From assembly GCA_964016885.1 (NCBI GenBank), contig OZ024743.1, forward strand, positions 349,928,001-349,992,000: a stretch of 64,000 bases of DNA. The letters run 5' to 3'. The position numbers and the translations under genes are program-made. Below the pieces are notes generated by a model. It was not told where the DNA came from and ran no database searches. It saw nothing but the letters and a program-made list of their open reading frames with translations. Shown one piece after another: positions 40,781 to 54,232 of the stretch (the stretch's first letter is position 1; every line of letters starts with the position of its first letter). This DNA is from Eledone cirrhosa (Eukaryota).

Positions 40781-40966
40781 TGGATTGTTTTAATATTTTC
40801 ATTAATTTCGGACGAAGTCCCTCAACTATTGAATAATACACTCACGAAAGAGCATGTTCAAAAATGGTTAGAAAGGAGCAATGAAGTGAGCAGAGAATGG
40901 AATGAAAAAGTGAGCATTGCTCAATGGAGTTACGAGACGGATATTTCTAAATTGAACAGTAATCAA
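40781..40966 (+). CDS. ACE: ACE-like peptidase, first visible exon (5' boundary uncertain)
   Basis: Encodes ...HVQKWLERSNEVSREWNEKVSIAQWSYETDISKLNSNQ, matching the ACE N-terminal A.W.Y.T(N/D)I motif. Donor CAA|gtaag, phase 0. Confidence 0.7.
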
Positions 40967-41094
40967 GTAAGAATATGTTTTTCATCTCTTTAACATTTTA
41001 AATGTTTGAAAACTTCTTGCGAATATCTAATGTAGACATACCCAATCTAAAAATAAAAACATCTATCCACTCTTTCAAACTCTTTTTCTTTTTG

Positions 41095-42180
41095 CATCCA
41101 TCGCCTGTTGATGTCAAGTATTTGGGATGCCATCCAGTGCAACCTGGCCACAGGCAGACTAGCGCGCCAGCTCGACCAGCACCGCCTTGCAGTTTTCGAG
41201 TGGCCTCGCAACCCCACAGCTGTGCCTAACTCCATGCCTTACACTCCTTCTCTATTAGCACACAGCTAGATAATTGTTTCTACTTTAGGCACACGGCCAG
41301 CAATTACCCAGTACATTACTGGTACTTTATTTTATCGACCCCGTAAGGATGAAAGGCAAAGTTAACCTCGGCGGGATTTAAACTCAGACTGTAAAGGTAC
41401 GTAACTATGCTAGAAAGCATGGCGTCCAGCCCTCTACCGATACTGCGAATTCACAGGCTTGATAATGATAGCCTGCGCATTGGAATTTCCCTGAGGCTCG
41501 GTCTCCGAATTTGCAAGCCACCCAAATGTCGCTGCGGATCCACCGTAGATTCATTCGGCCTCCACCCACTTTCCTGTCACTACAGTGCCGACCGTCTTCC
41601 ACGCCATGCTGCTCTCAACGACCTCATAAAGCATGGCTAGGATGCTGCAGGCTTCCCCTCCCAGCTCGAGCCGGTGGGACTGGACCGAAGGAGCGGCAAA
41701 AGTCCTTACGCAGTGATCGTTTTCCCGTTCCGTGGTGACAAAGCCCTCGTCTCGGAGGCCACTTGCAGCAACACATTTTCCAGCTGCAACATAGTGCAGT
41801 GTGCGACTAAGCTAGGTTCTGCTGTACTTCGGGCTGTGGATGGTAAACTCTCCAAGTATCAGTCGATCTCCGACAGGTTTGCAGTTGATCCCATATCAGT
41901 GGAGATTTCTTGTATCCTTGGCCCTAGGGCTACTTCCATACTTACCACCAAAGGCGCTGAGCTGGCTAGCCACAGGTGTGAGCCTCGCGAGATGGAATTG
42001 CTCTTGCAGCGCAACTCCATTATCATCCTCCTGGGAAACGCTTTCTTCATTCTGTCTGCCGGAGCCGTGGGTTCGGCCAGCGCATGGACCACATTTGCTC
42101 ATAATAGTGAGAGATGGGGAGGGCGAGAGAGATGGAAGCGATGAGAGTGGGAGTTCGGACCTGGTGTACGTGTATGTGCA
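41095..42180 (+). mobile_element. CRE-like retrotransposon 3' fragment interrupted by a SINE (41272-41455, -)
   Basis: LDQHRLA..., [27 protein letters not shown]...HPLSC...RHAALND, EPVGLDRRSGKSP and RLE region. Same family as 2915-4010. Confidence 0.75.
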
Positions 42181-42224
42181 TGCTTACTCTCTTATCATAT
42201 AGACATAGGCATTCTCCATTATTT

Positions 42225-42640
42225 GTGAGTTCAAATCCCGTCGAGGTTAACTTTGCCTTTCATCCATACGGGGGTCGATAAAATAAAGTACTAGTAATGT
42301 ACTGGGTAATTGCTGGCCTTGTGCCAAAAGTAGAAACAATTATTTGTGAATGGACTAATATTATTATTGTTTACTCATTAGGGCAGTGGATTGGCAGCAT
42401 AGGTAGAGGGTTGGACGCCAAGCATAGAGTTACGGCCCTTGCCATTCTGAGCTCAAATGGTGTACGTGTATGTGCATGCTTACTCTCTTATCATATAGAC
42501 ATAGGCATTCTCCATTATTTGTGAGTTCAAATCCCGCCGAGGTTAACTTTGCCTTTCATCCTTGCGGGGTCGATTAAATAAAGTACCAGTAATGCACTGC
42601 GATAATTGCTGGCCTTGTGCCAAAAGTAGAAACAATTATT
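42225..42640 (+). mobile_element. SINE cluster (two 3' halves and one 5' half) with local duplication
   Basis: 42163-42343 matches 42459-42640. SINE head at 42380-42458. Confidence 0.8.
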
Positions 42641-43462
42641 GTTTACTCTTGATAGAACTGTACTGATATAAATCGTTTCTTGGGCACTTTAAACCTAGTG
42701 GAGCCCATCCTATCTCCATGTCTGAATAGAGCTGATTTCTTCCAGAGAGAGAAAGAAAACGATAGTGGTGAAGTAAGAAAGAGATATACAAGAATTGCTC
42801 CAAATGCAGCACTGGTATATTTTTTTATTATCGACATCTAAAGGATGAAATGTAAAGTTGACCAGGATTGTTTAAAGTTGAATGGGATTTAAATTCAGAG
42901 CCAGAACGAATACCGCTAAGTATTCTATCCGACATTCTAATAGATGGCTCTAGCAATTTTCCTCCTCTTTCAAACTTCACAACTGTAATAAAGGAACGAT
43001 AGCACAAACAAATATCTGTTTGAGGGATTTTTACCGTATGTCGTTTAGTATGTACAGGATTGAAAACGCGAGAGCATGTGTGACATTATAAATGTTATCA
43101 CTATGTTAAATCAGTATATTAATACTAAATATAATACTAACAGTAAATTCCTAAGAATTATGTAAAATTTAGTATATTGGAGTACATGTAAAATATTTGC
43201 AACAGTAGATATTTCCATATATAATTCATAGTGCTTGTACGCATTGGTTATCATATATCGAACAATGCAGTAACGTTGTAGGGTAAAGCTTTGAACATTA
43301 CCCTACAAACTAAAGCGAACCAATCAGCTCTTAATGACTGCAGTAATGCGATGCATCTTCTTATGTAATTTGCACGTTTTTTAATAATTTTGTCATTAAA
43401 GACATCTTCATTATTCCTCCTGCTTAAGACGATCATATAACCTCTCTTTTAAATCGTTGCAG

Positions 43463-43620
43463 CTAACTTCCGTCTCTATAGACTTCGACACATGGCAAAG
43501 AAAACAGGCGAAATTTTCCAGACTGTTGCTTGATCATTTTCCACTGGATGATATAGATATAAAAAGACAACTTCGGTTAAAGACTGTAGCAGCAGTACCT
43601 GAAAGTGATGCCATCCTCCG
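43463..43620 (+). CDS. ACE: ACE-like peptidase exon
   Basis: ttgcag|LTSVSIDFDTWQRKQAKFSRLLLDHFPLDDIDIKRQLRLKTVAAVPESDAIL(R)|gtaag. Phase 0 in and phase 2 out, matching both neighbours. Confidence 0.75.
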
Positions 43621-43739
43621 GTAAGTTGCAGCTAATAGCATATATGATTTTAAAAGGTTTTTATTGGCCTTGAAACTTTTATCTTGGAAACATATTTCTA
43701 CCAATAATATGCATTTGTTCCCATATACATACATACTTA

Positions 43740-46700
43740 CATGGGGAAAACACTATCGATAATAATACATACATAAATGGCGAAAACACTATCAATAATA
43801 ATAATAATAATCGAAGAAATTTGACACCACGTGTACCATCCGAGTCTACCTCGACTATTGTGGAAAATACTATCGATAATGATAATAATAAAAAATATAA
43901 ACAATTGAAAATTTCCCTCAACGAAATCATCCAGAGGGAAATGTATAAACATTTCTCTTGCTGAACGTTTTAAAACAATATTTAATAAAACACCAAATAA
44001 TTAAATATTACGTGTTATTGACGAAATAGGGGATGATTATTTACGACGGATAAAAACCCCAACATTTTGGCAAAGCAACGCCTGTTTATATGCCTGAGCA
44101 ACGACAGTGAAGCATTATCTTGGTGATAAGAGAGATATTGACAAGAACAAAACACCACCAAAAAAACCATGATATATAACTAAAGTAGAAAAAAAGATTG
44201 CTGACCTACGAAAAACCATAGGATATGTGACAATGCTCCTTACATGCAAACAAACACAAAAAGACTTCACACCTCACCAACAAAGAGTGAAAGATAAAAT
44301 AGAGACGATGTTTGATAACAGTAGAACCATAACTCTTCAATATAAGCTGATCACCCTCAAACAGGAATTGAGAGCTGTTAGCGAAAAACGCCGATACTTG
44401 AAGAAGGTAGATGAAAGAAAAGTGCTTAATAAAAGATACAGACAAAACCAAACATCAGTCTATAGAGATATGAAGGGCAAAATAATAAGTGTCACTGAGG
44501 CTCCATCCCAGAAAGACATAGATTTCTTTTGGAGAAAAATATGGGGTGAAAAGAAGAATTTCAACCAAGATGCAGTGTGGCTAAAAGAAATCCAAAAGAA
44601 CTATTGCTCCTACACTACAACAAAAGCATACGAAATAAGTGAGGATACCCTTCAGACTGTGATAGGAAAACTCCAAGATAAGAATATACCTGGAAGAGAT
44701 ATGATTGTCGGTACTGGTACCAAAAACTGATATTCTATCGGAGGTATCTTACCGACCTCTACCAACAAGTTCTTAAGGGTGATACACTTAAACCAGAATG
44801 GTTGACATTAGCACAAACATTACTAGTCCCCAAGAACAAAGACACCCACCTGGCAATAAACTACCGACCCAATGCATTCCAGAACCTGATGTATAAGATG
44901 TATACAGCCTGCCTGAACCTATTCCTCCAAGATCACTCTAAAAATAATAAGATCATCACAGATGAACAAGCAGCTGGAAAGAAAGGGGTTTGGGGGTGTG
45001 CTGAACAACTCCTAATCAACAAAACTGCGATGTCGGAGATGCGACAACTTAGGAGGAATATGGCTACAGTCTACGGACTACGAGAAAGATTTAGATTCTG
45101 TTTCCCACTCCTGGACGATAGACATTATTATCAGAGCCATAGACCCATAGAGAAGCTGTCTTCTTCTTGGACTACTATCCTAAAGTTAAACACAGAAAAG
45201 GAGGACTCTATTTTCACTGATAAAATAAAATATCACAGAGGTATATTTCAGGGAGGCAGTCTCTCTGTGATATTGTTCATCTTGTCATTAAACCACTTGT
45301 CCTTTCTGCTCAAGAAATGTGAGGGATACATAATTGGCTCACAGAAGGACAGAAATACGAACCTAACCCATAATTTCTTTGTGGATGATCTGAAACTCTA
45401 TGCCAAGAACATGGATGGGATGAAGAAAAATCTTGACCGGGTTACAACATTCTCAAAGGATATAGGAATGGAGTTTGGCCAAGATAAATGCTCATATATG
45501 ACTGTAAAAAGGGGGGGGGACAACAACCCAATCTAGCAACATTTGTATCAATAGCCTAGCTGTTTCACCAATATCTGATGAGGATTGCTACAGATACCTG
45601 GGGATAGATGAGAACATATCCTCCTATAAAGGAACATATCCTCCTATAAAGGAACGCGTAACCAGGGAATACTACACCCGATTAAGAAAGATATGGTCAT
45701 CGGAACTCTCTGCGCAAAACAAAACAATGGCTCACAATGTGTTTGCTATTCCTGTCCTAACACCAACTTTTGGAATACCCAATTGGACGATAGACGAAAT
45801 CCGAGCGATTGATGTTAGAACTCGAAAAATACTAAACAACGCCGGAAACTTCCACATCAACAGTGACATAGACCGCCTTTACTTGAAACATAAGCAGTGA
45901 GGCAGAGGCCTAACATCAGTCAAGACAGCATTTGAATGTCGCATGATATCCCTCCGACAACATCTACGAACCTCAAAGCGTAGGAGCCCGTCTCTCTAGC
46001 AAGTCTATCTGCATGAAACAGATAAGATCATGAGAGTTGGGATGGAAATCCTCGAGAGGTATTCCCAACGTGATAATCAAAAACTCATACCCAGGGAAGT
46101 TGCTCAGCAGTATCGCAGTGAATCCCTGGATGAAAAACTGCATGCTTATCAGCAAAAAATCATGCATAGATATGTTGCCAGGAAGCTCCAGAGTGACAGT
46201 AATATAGATAAGGAAAGTAGTCTATCTTGGACCAACAACCGCTATATTGGCTCCCACTTTGAAGGATACGCTTTTGTAATCCAAGAACAGGAAATCAACA
46301 CGTAATACCTGATTCACAAAAGAGATAGGGATGCAGGCAAAACACCTAGACGTGATAACAAGTGCAGACTCTGCAGAATTAACATCGAAGATATCACCCA
46401 TGTCATCAGCAGCTGTCCAAATATGTCATCGCGGTACTATCTACCTATGAGGCATGATGTAGTGGCCAAAACACTGTACAATGCAGTTCGTAAAAAAGAT
46501 AGCCCGATAATAAACACATTAAAAGCTACAACAATGTGGAAGACATCCATGTACATAATATGAAAGAGTACTGGTGGAATGTTCCAGTAAAAACCCCAAT
46601 AAAATGCAGGCATAACAGACCAGATATTAGGATATGGGACAGGGAAAAGAATGCATGCACAGTAGTGGAAGTTAGCTGTCCAGCAGATGCCAATATAATA

Positions 46701-47186
46701 TCAAAGATTAGCGAAAAGGAGAATATTTATGCAGAATTGATGAGAATATATCTGCAGATACTGCACTCTGAGTATACCTTCAGATTTATGCCTGTGGTTA
46801 TTGGAGCTCTGAGATATGTTAGTAACTGCCTCAATACAAATCTTGAGAAGCTGGGCTTCACAGGAACAGAAATAACACAACTAGTTAGGAAATTACAAGT
46901 ACAATCCATTAATGTAAAGCATTCCAATGTAAAACATTACAAAACTTTTGCATCTAATAACTGCATATACACATGTACAGATAGTAAGCATATACACATG
47001 CCCACATACAACTCAAAACATCCACATCCACACATACAATAACATCCATATCTACACATCCATGCATGCAGACATGCATACATATCTACCTAGTTGATGT
47101 GTAAATTCCAATGAGAGAGTCTTGTGTCTATGATAGAAACCGACTCTCTATTGGCAAAAAATTATGAAATTATAAAACAAGAAGAA
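43740..47186 (+). mobile_element. R4/Dong-clade non-LTR retrotransposon, degenerate, in an ACE intron
   Basis: NYRP, EQLLINK, IFQGGSLS, FFVDDLKLY, YRYLG, CCHC CRLC..EDITHVISSC, RHD and RLE HNRPDI..VEVSCP. (TACA)n at both ends. Confidence 0.88.
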
Positions 47187-47257
47187 CATACATACATACA
47201 TACATACATACATACATACATACATACATACATACATACATACATACATACATACAT

Positions 47258-47935
47258 ACATTAAAAGCTACAACAATGTGGAAGACATCCATGTACATAA
47301 TATGAAAGAGTACTGGTGGAATGTTCCAGTATAAACCCCAATATAATGCAGGCATAACAGACCAGATATTATGATATGGGACAGGGAGAAGAAAACATGC
47401 ACGGTAGTGGAAATTAGCTGCCCAGCAGATGCCAATATAATATCAAAGATTAGTGAAAAGGAGAATATTTATGCAGAACTGATGAGAAATCTGCAGATAC
47501 TCCACCCTGATTACACCTTCAGATTTATGCCTGTGATTATTTGGGCACTGGGATATGTTAGTAACTGCCTCAATACAAATCTTGAGAAGCTAGGCTTCAC
47601 AGGAACAGAAAAAACACAACTAGTTAGGAAATTACAAGTACAATCCATTAATGGAACAGTAAAAATATGTAAAACATTCCAAAAATGTTGCATCTAATAA
47701 CTGCATATACACATGTACAGATACAAAGCATATACACATGCACACATACAACTCAAAACATACACATCCACACATACAATAACATCCATATCTACACATG
47801 CATGCATGCAGACATACATACATATCTACCTAGTTGATGTTGTGTAAATTCCAATGAGAGAGTCTTGTGTCTATGTTAGAAACCGACTCTCTCTCTCTAT
47901 TGGTAAAACTTTGTGAAATTATAAAACCAGAAGAA
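47258..47935 (+). mobile_element. Second, 5'-truncated R4/Dong copy
   Basis: Diverged duplicate of 46516-47186, between two (CATA)n tracts. Confidence 0.88.
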
Positions 47936-48834
47936 CATACATACATACATATACATACATACATACATACATACATACATACATACATACATACATACAT
48001 ACATACATACATACATACACACAAGCAAGCTTGGTGGTGTTGCCGGTTTAGTCGCCGCCAACCCGACCATGCACAGGTTACATACATACATATATATATA
48101 TGTGTTGTTGTTGTTGTTGTTATTGTCGTTGTTATCGTTGTTGTTGTTGTTGTTACTGGTAGTAGTAGTAGTAGTAGTAGTAGTAATAGTAGTAGTAGTA
48201 GTAGTAGTATCAACGTCTATTTGATATGTTCTGGCTTGTTAATTTATTAACCTGCCATAGAACCATATTGGCATACGGTTGGACAATACTTGTATCCCTA
48301 TATGTATGTTTTACACGTAGGAACACATACTTTATTATTAATTTCCCCTAAGGTTGAGATAACTTTTGGTCGTTTGAACTGCTGCTGTTCCTACTAGCAG
48401 GACTTTGACCTGTCGACCCCCTTGCCTTTTGTCTTTACACACGGCACTAGGCAAAATTGTTTCTTCCATCATTCACTCTCATTCGGGAACAGTTTTGTAT
48501 GGCGCCAGTTTGTGATTTGAACTCGAGAATTTTATATTCTCCGAGCGAGAAAAGCCTTCTGACGAAAATTCGGTTTCTCAATGGAAATCCGTTTGGATTA
48601 TTTATGACTTTGCCTTTCATCATTACGGGGTCGATAAAATAAAGTACCAGTAATGCACTGGGTATTTGCTGGCCTTGTGCCTAAAGTAGAAACAATTATT
48701 TATTTATTTTGGGGTTTGAAACCGCGCGGAAAATGGACATATAGTAAGTACAGTGAACTTTTTTTAATTTATTTTAAAACTGTATCTCTATTTGCTAAAC
48801 CTTGATTTTATATATATATATATATATATATATC

Positions 48835-49170
48835 CTCAGAGTGGGTAGAAATCCAGTGATCCATGAACGAGTTCTCTCCGGCGATCTCTATCCCCAATCA
48901 TCGCCTCTATGTCTCGCGTCTCCTGGAGAACAGCGTCTTTTCTTAGAGCATCAACATATATCATCTCCGTTCTCCCTCTTCCAGCGTATCCATGTTTAGT
49001 CCTCTTAGATATGCACTTCCCCTTAGGACATAATTGCCACCACATGTTTAGCCGCCATACGGTTAAAATCAAATATTTCTGTGGCAGAGAAATGAAATCA
49101 CGCCACCTGCGTAAATAGCAGACCTTCCAAACACTTGGATGTTCATGTAAACTTCCAGAGCCATGCCCAT
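48835..49170 (-). mobile_element. RTE-like LINE 3' fragment
   Basis: KHGYAGRGR...YVDALRKD.......IEAMIGDRDRRRELV is a typical RTE C-terminus. Confidence 0.6.
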
Positions 49171-49242
49171 TGGATCAACACTGCAACACCCTAGTGATAA
49201 TATACGAAGATGAAGTATCTTCACTGAATCAACATCGATAAA

Positions 49243-49398
49243 ATGAGTCCTGAACATATGCGGACATATGTTCAGGACTCATAAAAAATTTAATAACATA
49301 TTACATACGTTTCACTGTCGATCAACTCGAGGAACGATCAATAATTGATCGTTCCTCGAGCTGATTGACAGTGAAACATATGTAATATGTTATTAAAT
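49243..49398. repeat. Two adjacent palindromes; the second mirrors a hammerhead 3' half
   Basis: 49243-49282 hairpin. 49288-49398 arms contain gacagtGAAAc[atat]gTAatatg. Confidence 0.8.
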
Positions 49399-49449
49399 AT
49401 GTTACGATGCAACACTGACTCTTTCTTCTTTTATTCTTATATTATATTG

Positions 49450-49491
<42 letters not shown>

Positions 49492-50311
49492 CATGTGTGG
49501 GTGTGTGCCAGTGTGTGTGTTTCAATATATGAAAAGATACACTGAATAGAAGTGATAATCCTCTTACCCTGATCTAATTTAATAGAATAAAGAAATACGA
49601 AATAAAAATGACGCCATTGTGGCGATTCATGTTATAATTCATACAGCTCAACTGTGATGAATTGTATTCCTCATTTTGTCGTGATATCTTCAATCTGTTT
49701 AAAGTCACACAATAGAGGCATTTACCACACCAGCGATAATTCACATCATTGAGAGGAATTCTGCAGAACTACTAATGTGTTCATGCGTACATTTTGTATC
49801 TGCATATATATCAATGCATAAATGTATTAAAATCTAGAATTATATCATTTTGAAGTGTCCATTGTTTTAATCTGGTCGTGCGCCATTTTGTTCAAGTGTC
49901 TCCTCCTCAAAACGTCGGGTCGTCTAAAGTCTTATGATAGTAATTTGATAGCTGGAAGTTGTAACAAAATTGACAATCCACCAGGCTGGCTTTCAAACAG
50001 TTTTTTGTGAACTCGATCTCACTAGGAAAGCTCCGGTGCGCGTGATACTATGGTAAATGACATCTGGGCATGATTCCACACATTAAGATCGAACCCTGTA
50101 CCTTACGTATGAAAATCTAACTCTTTAAACTTTGGGTCATGATGCCTCTAATTATACATACATATAACCATCCATTCATCAATCCATCCATACATATATG
50201 CTCATGTTTGTTAAGGCATATGGTTTATTTCGTATGTTATTTGACATATTGTTTATATAATTGTTGCTACTATTTGATATTTATCAGAAAGTCATTCTCT
50301 ATATGTATTAG

Positions 50312-50544
50312 AAAACAAAAGCGATGTCAACAGCAAATGTCGAAGATTTATTCAGAAGCAAAACTTTGTACCACCTTCAAATGCCTGTCAATGGAGCCAG
50401 ATCTTTTGAAAATCATGTCTGTTAGTCGAAACCCCAGACAGCTGTTATGGGCCTGGAAGGGATGGAGAGATGTGATCGGGCCTTCTTCTCGAAATATGTT
50501 CACCAATTATGTCCAACTGCTGAATATCGCTGCCACTGATAGTG
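50312..50544 (+). CDS. ACE: ACE-like peptidase exon
   Basis: MSKIYSEAKLC...CLSMEPDLLKIMSVSRNPRQLLWAWKGWRDVIG...YVQLLNIAA. ag|...|gtaag, phase 2 in, phase 1 out. Confidence 0.92.
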
Positions 50545-53504
50545 GTAAGAGTAATACTTTCTCTATATAAATATCTCTCGTGTTTTAGATTTCCACAGAA
50601 CAGACATATATAACAGTGCGATATACATACTTTGTTTTAGTTTTCTTAGTTACAAAACACGGTATTTTTGCTAGATTAATAATCATCATTGTACATAGTG
50701 GACTGCTATGGTAATGATAACTTAGAGAAAGTCTTTGGTTAGTGTCATGTTAATGCCAAGCTCTCGAGAGCAGAGCCAAGAGCAAAATTATGATCCTCTT
50801 GTCTTTTCAAATATAGTCACCCTCAAGTTACTTAATCCAATATGTTCATTCTTTCTGTAAGATTTTAGAAATATTTACCTGGAGTTCAAGCAAGTAAGCA
50901 AACGTATTCATGTGGGCTACGGTTAGTAGAGTCGGTAAAAACATTTTACACTATTTACATTTACAATTCAAGTAGCTAAGATATCATTGGTAACTTAACT
51001 ATTTCAGACACAACGATAGCTACGCTACTTTATCATCTCTTAGTTTCGCTTATGTCTCTCTTAGGTTCAATGAAGGTCTCGCTATAGACAGTATCAACTT
51101 CATTTTTCTGTGTCAACAAAAAAATCGCAAACTTTCGTCTCTTAGATTCAATGAAAGTCTCAATGCGGTATAAATTTACCCTTCCTCTTTCATGTTCAAG
51201 AAAGATTTCACTACTGTAGCAACTGGGCTTTTTCTCTCTCGTGGGCAATTGAGGCTTAGCTATGGTATCAAATCTGCATTTCTTCTCTGAAGGTCAACAA
51301 GGAATTCACTATGGTGTCGCTTGCCCCGCTGGAAATTGCATTCGAAATCCTTTTGAAATCACACCATATTGGCAATCTAATCTTTGAAATTAAAAGTAAC
51401 AATGGGATGGCCATGGATATAAGCTATGTGATCATAACTCTGCTCGATCGGGGCTGATATGAAGTTATATACCAACAATAAATTTTAATATAGTATAGTG
51501 TGATATGCGTTAAATTTGGATGATTGTTCTTTTGCAGTTTGAGCGAACAAGTAAGGGCTATCTCACTAACTGCTCAATAGAAATGCATAATATGAACATC
51601 TTTGAGTACGTGTTTCTTGCTGAGAGAATACTTAAGTTAATATAAACACCCCATAAGTATGTTCTCTGGTCAAACATTGTCAATACGTTTGTAATTATTT
51701 TGTTTTCAATATTCACCCACAACACAATTTGGCAGAAAATAAAACCTGATACAAGTTGGCTTCCGTTCTCACTAAGTAACGTCCATGTCATCACTTGCAC
51801 TGCCACTGCCCCTGAACAAGTAAGTGCTATCATATGGTAGTAGTTCTTAAAATATGTATCGTTACACACCCTCAAAGAAATTGAGATTTACATCACAAAA
51901 TTACAATGTGATACAATATAATCTGAAGAAATACCTTTTTTAGTATTATTGAAAAAAAAAAAATAATAATTGCTCACACTATCAGGAAAAGCAGTCAAAT
52001 CTCCTCTAACTCATTTCTTATTAGCTTAGAAAATAAGGGTATATTTGATAATATTGTCTGGAAAAAAAACACGTTATGTTCACAGCTTTGAATACGGATA
52101 TGCTCGTTAAGTACTGGTGAGGAGACACAAATATCGATAGTATTAACAAACCCTAGCATATGTTATTTTTCATTGGTATTAAAGGTTGTTGTTCACAGCA
52201 ATTAACAAAGATATTCGAGTTGTGACTCTCCCATTCCAGTTATTTTCATCAATATTTTTCTCTTTATTTCTTAAACTTATTTTCTATAGGATTACACTGT
52301 CTAACCTGTCCTTTCGCTTTTTTTAGACTGTAGAATTTGATTTAAGATCGATATGGCTTCTAATTCTAGCATTTCAGGTAGTAATAATAAGGAGAGACTC
52401 TTTTATTTAATCGTATGAAAGCTTCTGGTTCCGGGTAAAATGTTTGCAGTATTTACTAACGGCTCTTTATATAGTAAGTTCAAATTACAAAAATGAACTT
52501 GATGACTACAGTGTAGAAAAGGATTCTAAATATCTGGCACAAAATCGATGGAACAACTCAGTAATATCATAGAAAGATTTCATAATGAATTCTCTTAGAA
52601 ATATAATTATTCTCACTAGATCTGATAAGAAAGCACCACCGAATCCCTCATGAGATTTAAATATATATTTTACGTTCTTACTTTAGTAATTATCTTAAAA
52701 GTGTTCTGTATAATATTTCCATTCGTGAAGTTATTAAATATTCTTCACACAAATGGTGGAGGGATGGAAACAGTAGAGTGACAGGCAAAATGTCTTAAAG
52801 TAATTACCTTCATTTGCTTGTAATTATTTACACTCAACCTACACACAACTTTTCTTTTTATTCTTCAGGTGTTGATAAAATAAGTATTAGTAATACATTT
52901 CGGATAACAGAGTGTAGTGCATTCTTAAAGCTGAGATTTATCAGAGTTATTATAGTGTTGGGTGAAATCCCATACGGTATGTGTCATGGTGCTCTGTGCT
53001 CTGATTTCGAATCACACCGGGGTAAACTTTTTAACTGGTATTAGAGGTCGGTAAATGAGGTATCAGTTCAAGCCGGTGGGATCACGAAATTGTTAAAACA
53101 TCGGATTCGATACTTTGTGATATCAATTTCAGCCTACTGCTTTCTGAGGGGACACACATGAATGGGCCATTGATAATCTTTCACAAAACCTTATACAGGC
53201 CTGCGCTTAGGAGAGTTAAATTTCTACGTGCCGATCCATGGTCTCGCGGAACAAACGAAGCTACTCTTATATAAAACATTTGCTTGCCGATGTTTTACCT
53301 AATTTCAAAGTAGTAAAGCAACATTCTTCAAAAAAGTATGGTGGATTAAAGGCTTTTATCGTTGTGGTATTAAATATTGCTAGCATCAACATTATCTATG
53401 ATACATCAAAAATTGGTTACGGTTAATCTAACAGCTTTTCATTTCAAATTAGTTATCGAAACAAATTTTCATCGAAACGATAATTTTGTAAATATATTAG
53501 TTTG

Positions 53505-53700
53505 TTTGGATTGGAAGAATCGGTAGGGCGTCGGACGAAATGTTTAGTGACAGAGAGTTACGGTACTTTATGTTCTGAGTTTAAATCTCGCCGAAGTTAG
53601 CTTTGCTTTTCATCCTTACGGGGTCGATAAAATAAAGCACCGGTAATGCACTGGGGTCGATTTAATCGACTTTTCCCTCCCCCATAATTTTTGGCCTTTT
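53505..53700 (+). mobile_element. SINE
   Basis: Family head and core sequence. Confidence 0.8.
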
Positions 53701-54187
53701 ATTATTTTTCAAAAGTGATCTGATTTGTGATTGTTTAAGGCTCCAACTAATCACATGATGCACATTACGTTGCAAGAAGGATAAATAGTTTCCCTATATA
53801 GTTGTTTCCACGAAGAATCATTTCGGGGAAATACTGCTTCGATAAACAAGTTGTAATTTTGATTTTAAAAAACCATGGTGCGCACCACAAAACATAGAGA
53901 AGATGGAGTAAAAATTTGAGACCAAGCAAAAGAGGATGCACAAAATAGTAATTGAGGAGGTCACGAGATGTGTGGGGATAGAACTTTGACAAACGAATGA
54001 TTAACAAACAATAAAGATAAAGATAACAAGAAAATTATATGGTGCGTGCGTTTCTTTTTATTAGCAATATTGGCAATATGACCATCCCCAAATATAACTA
54101 TATATACATATATATGGGTGTGTGTGTGTATTATGTGTGAGTGCGTTAGTTTCTGTGTGTGTGTGTGTGTGTGTGTGTGAGTTTGCG

Positions 54188-54232
<45 letters not shown>

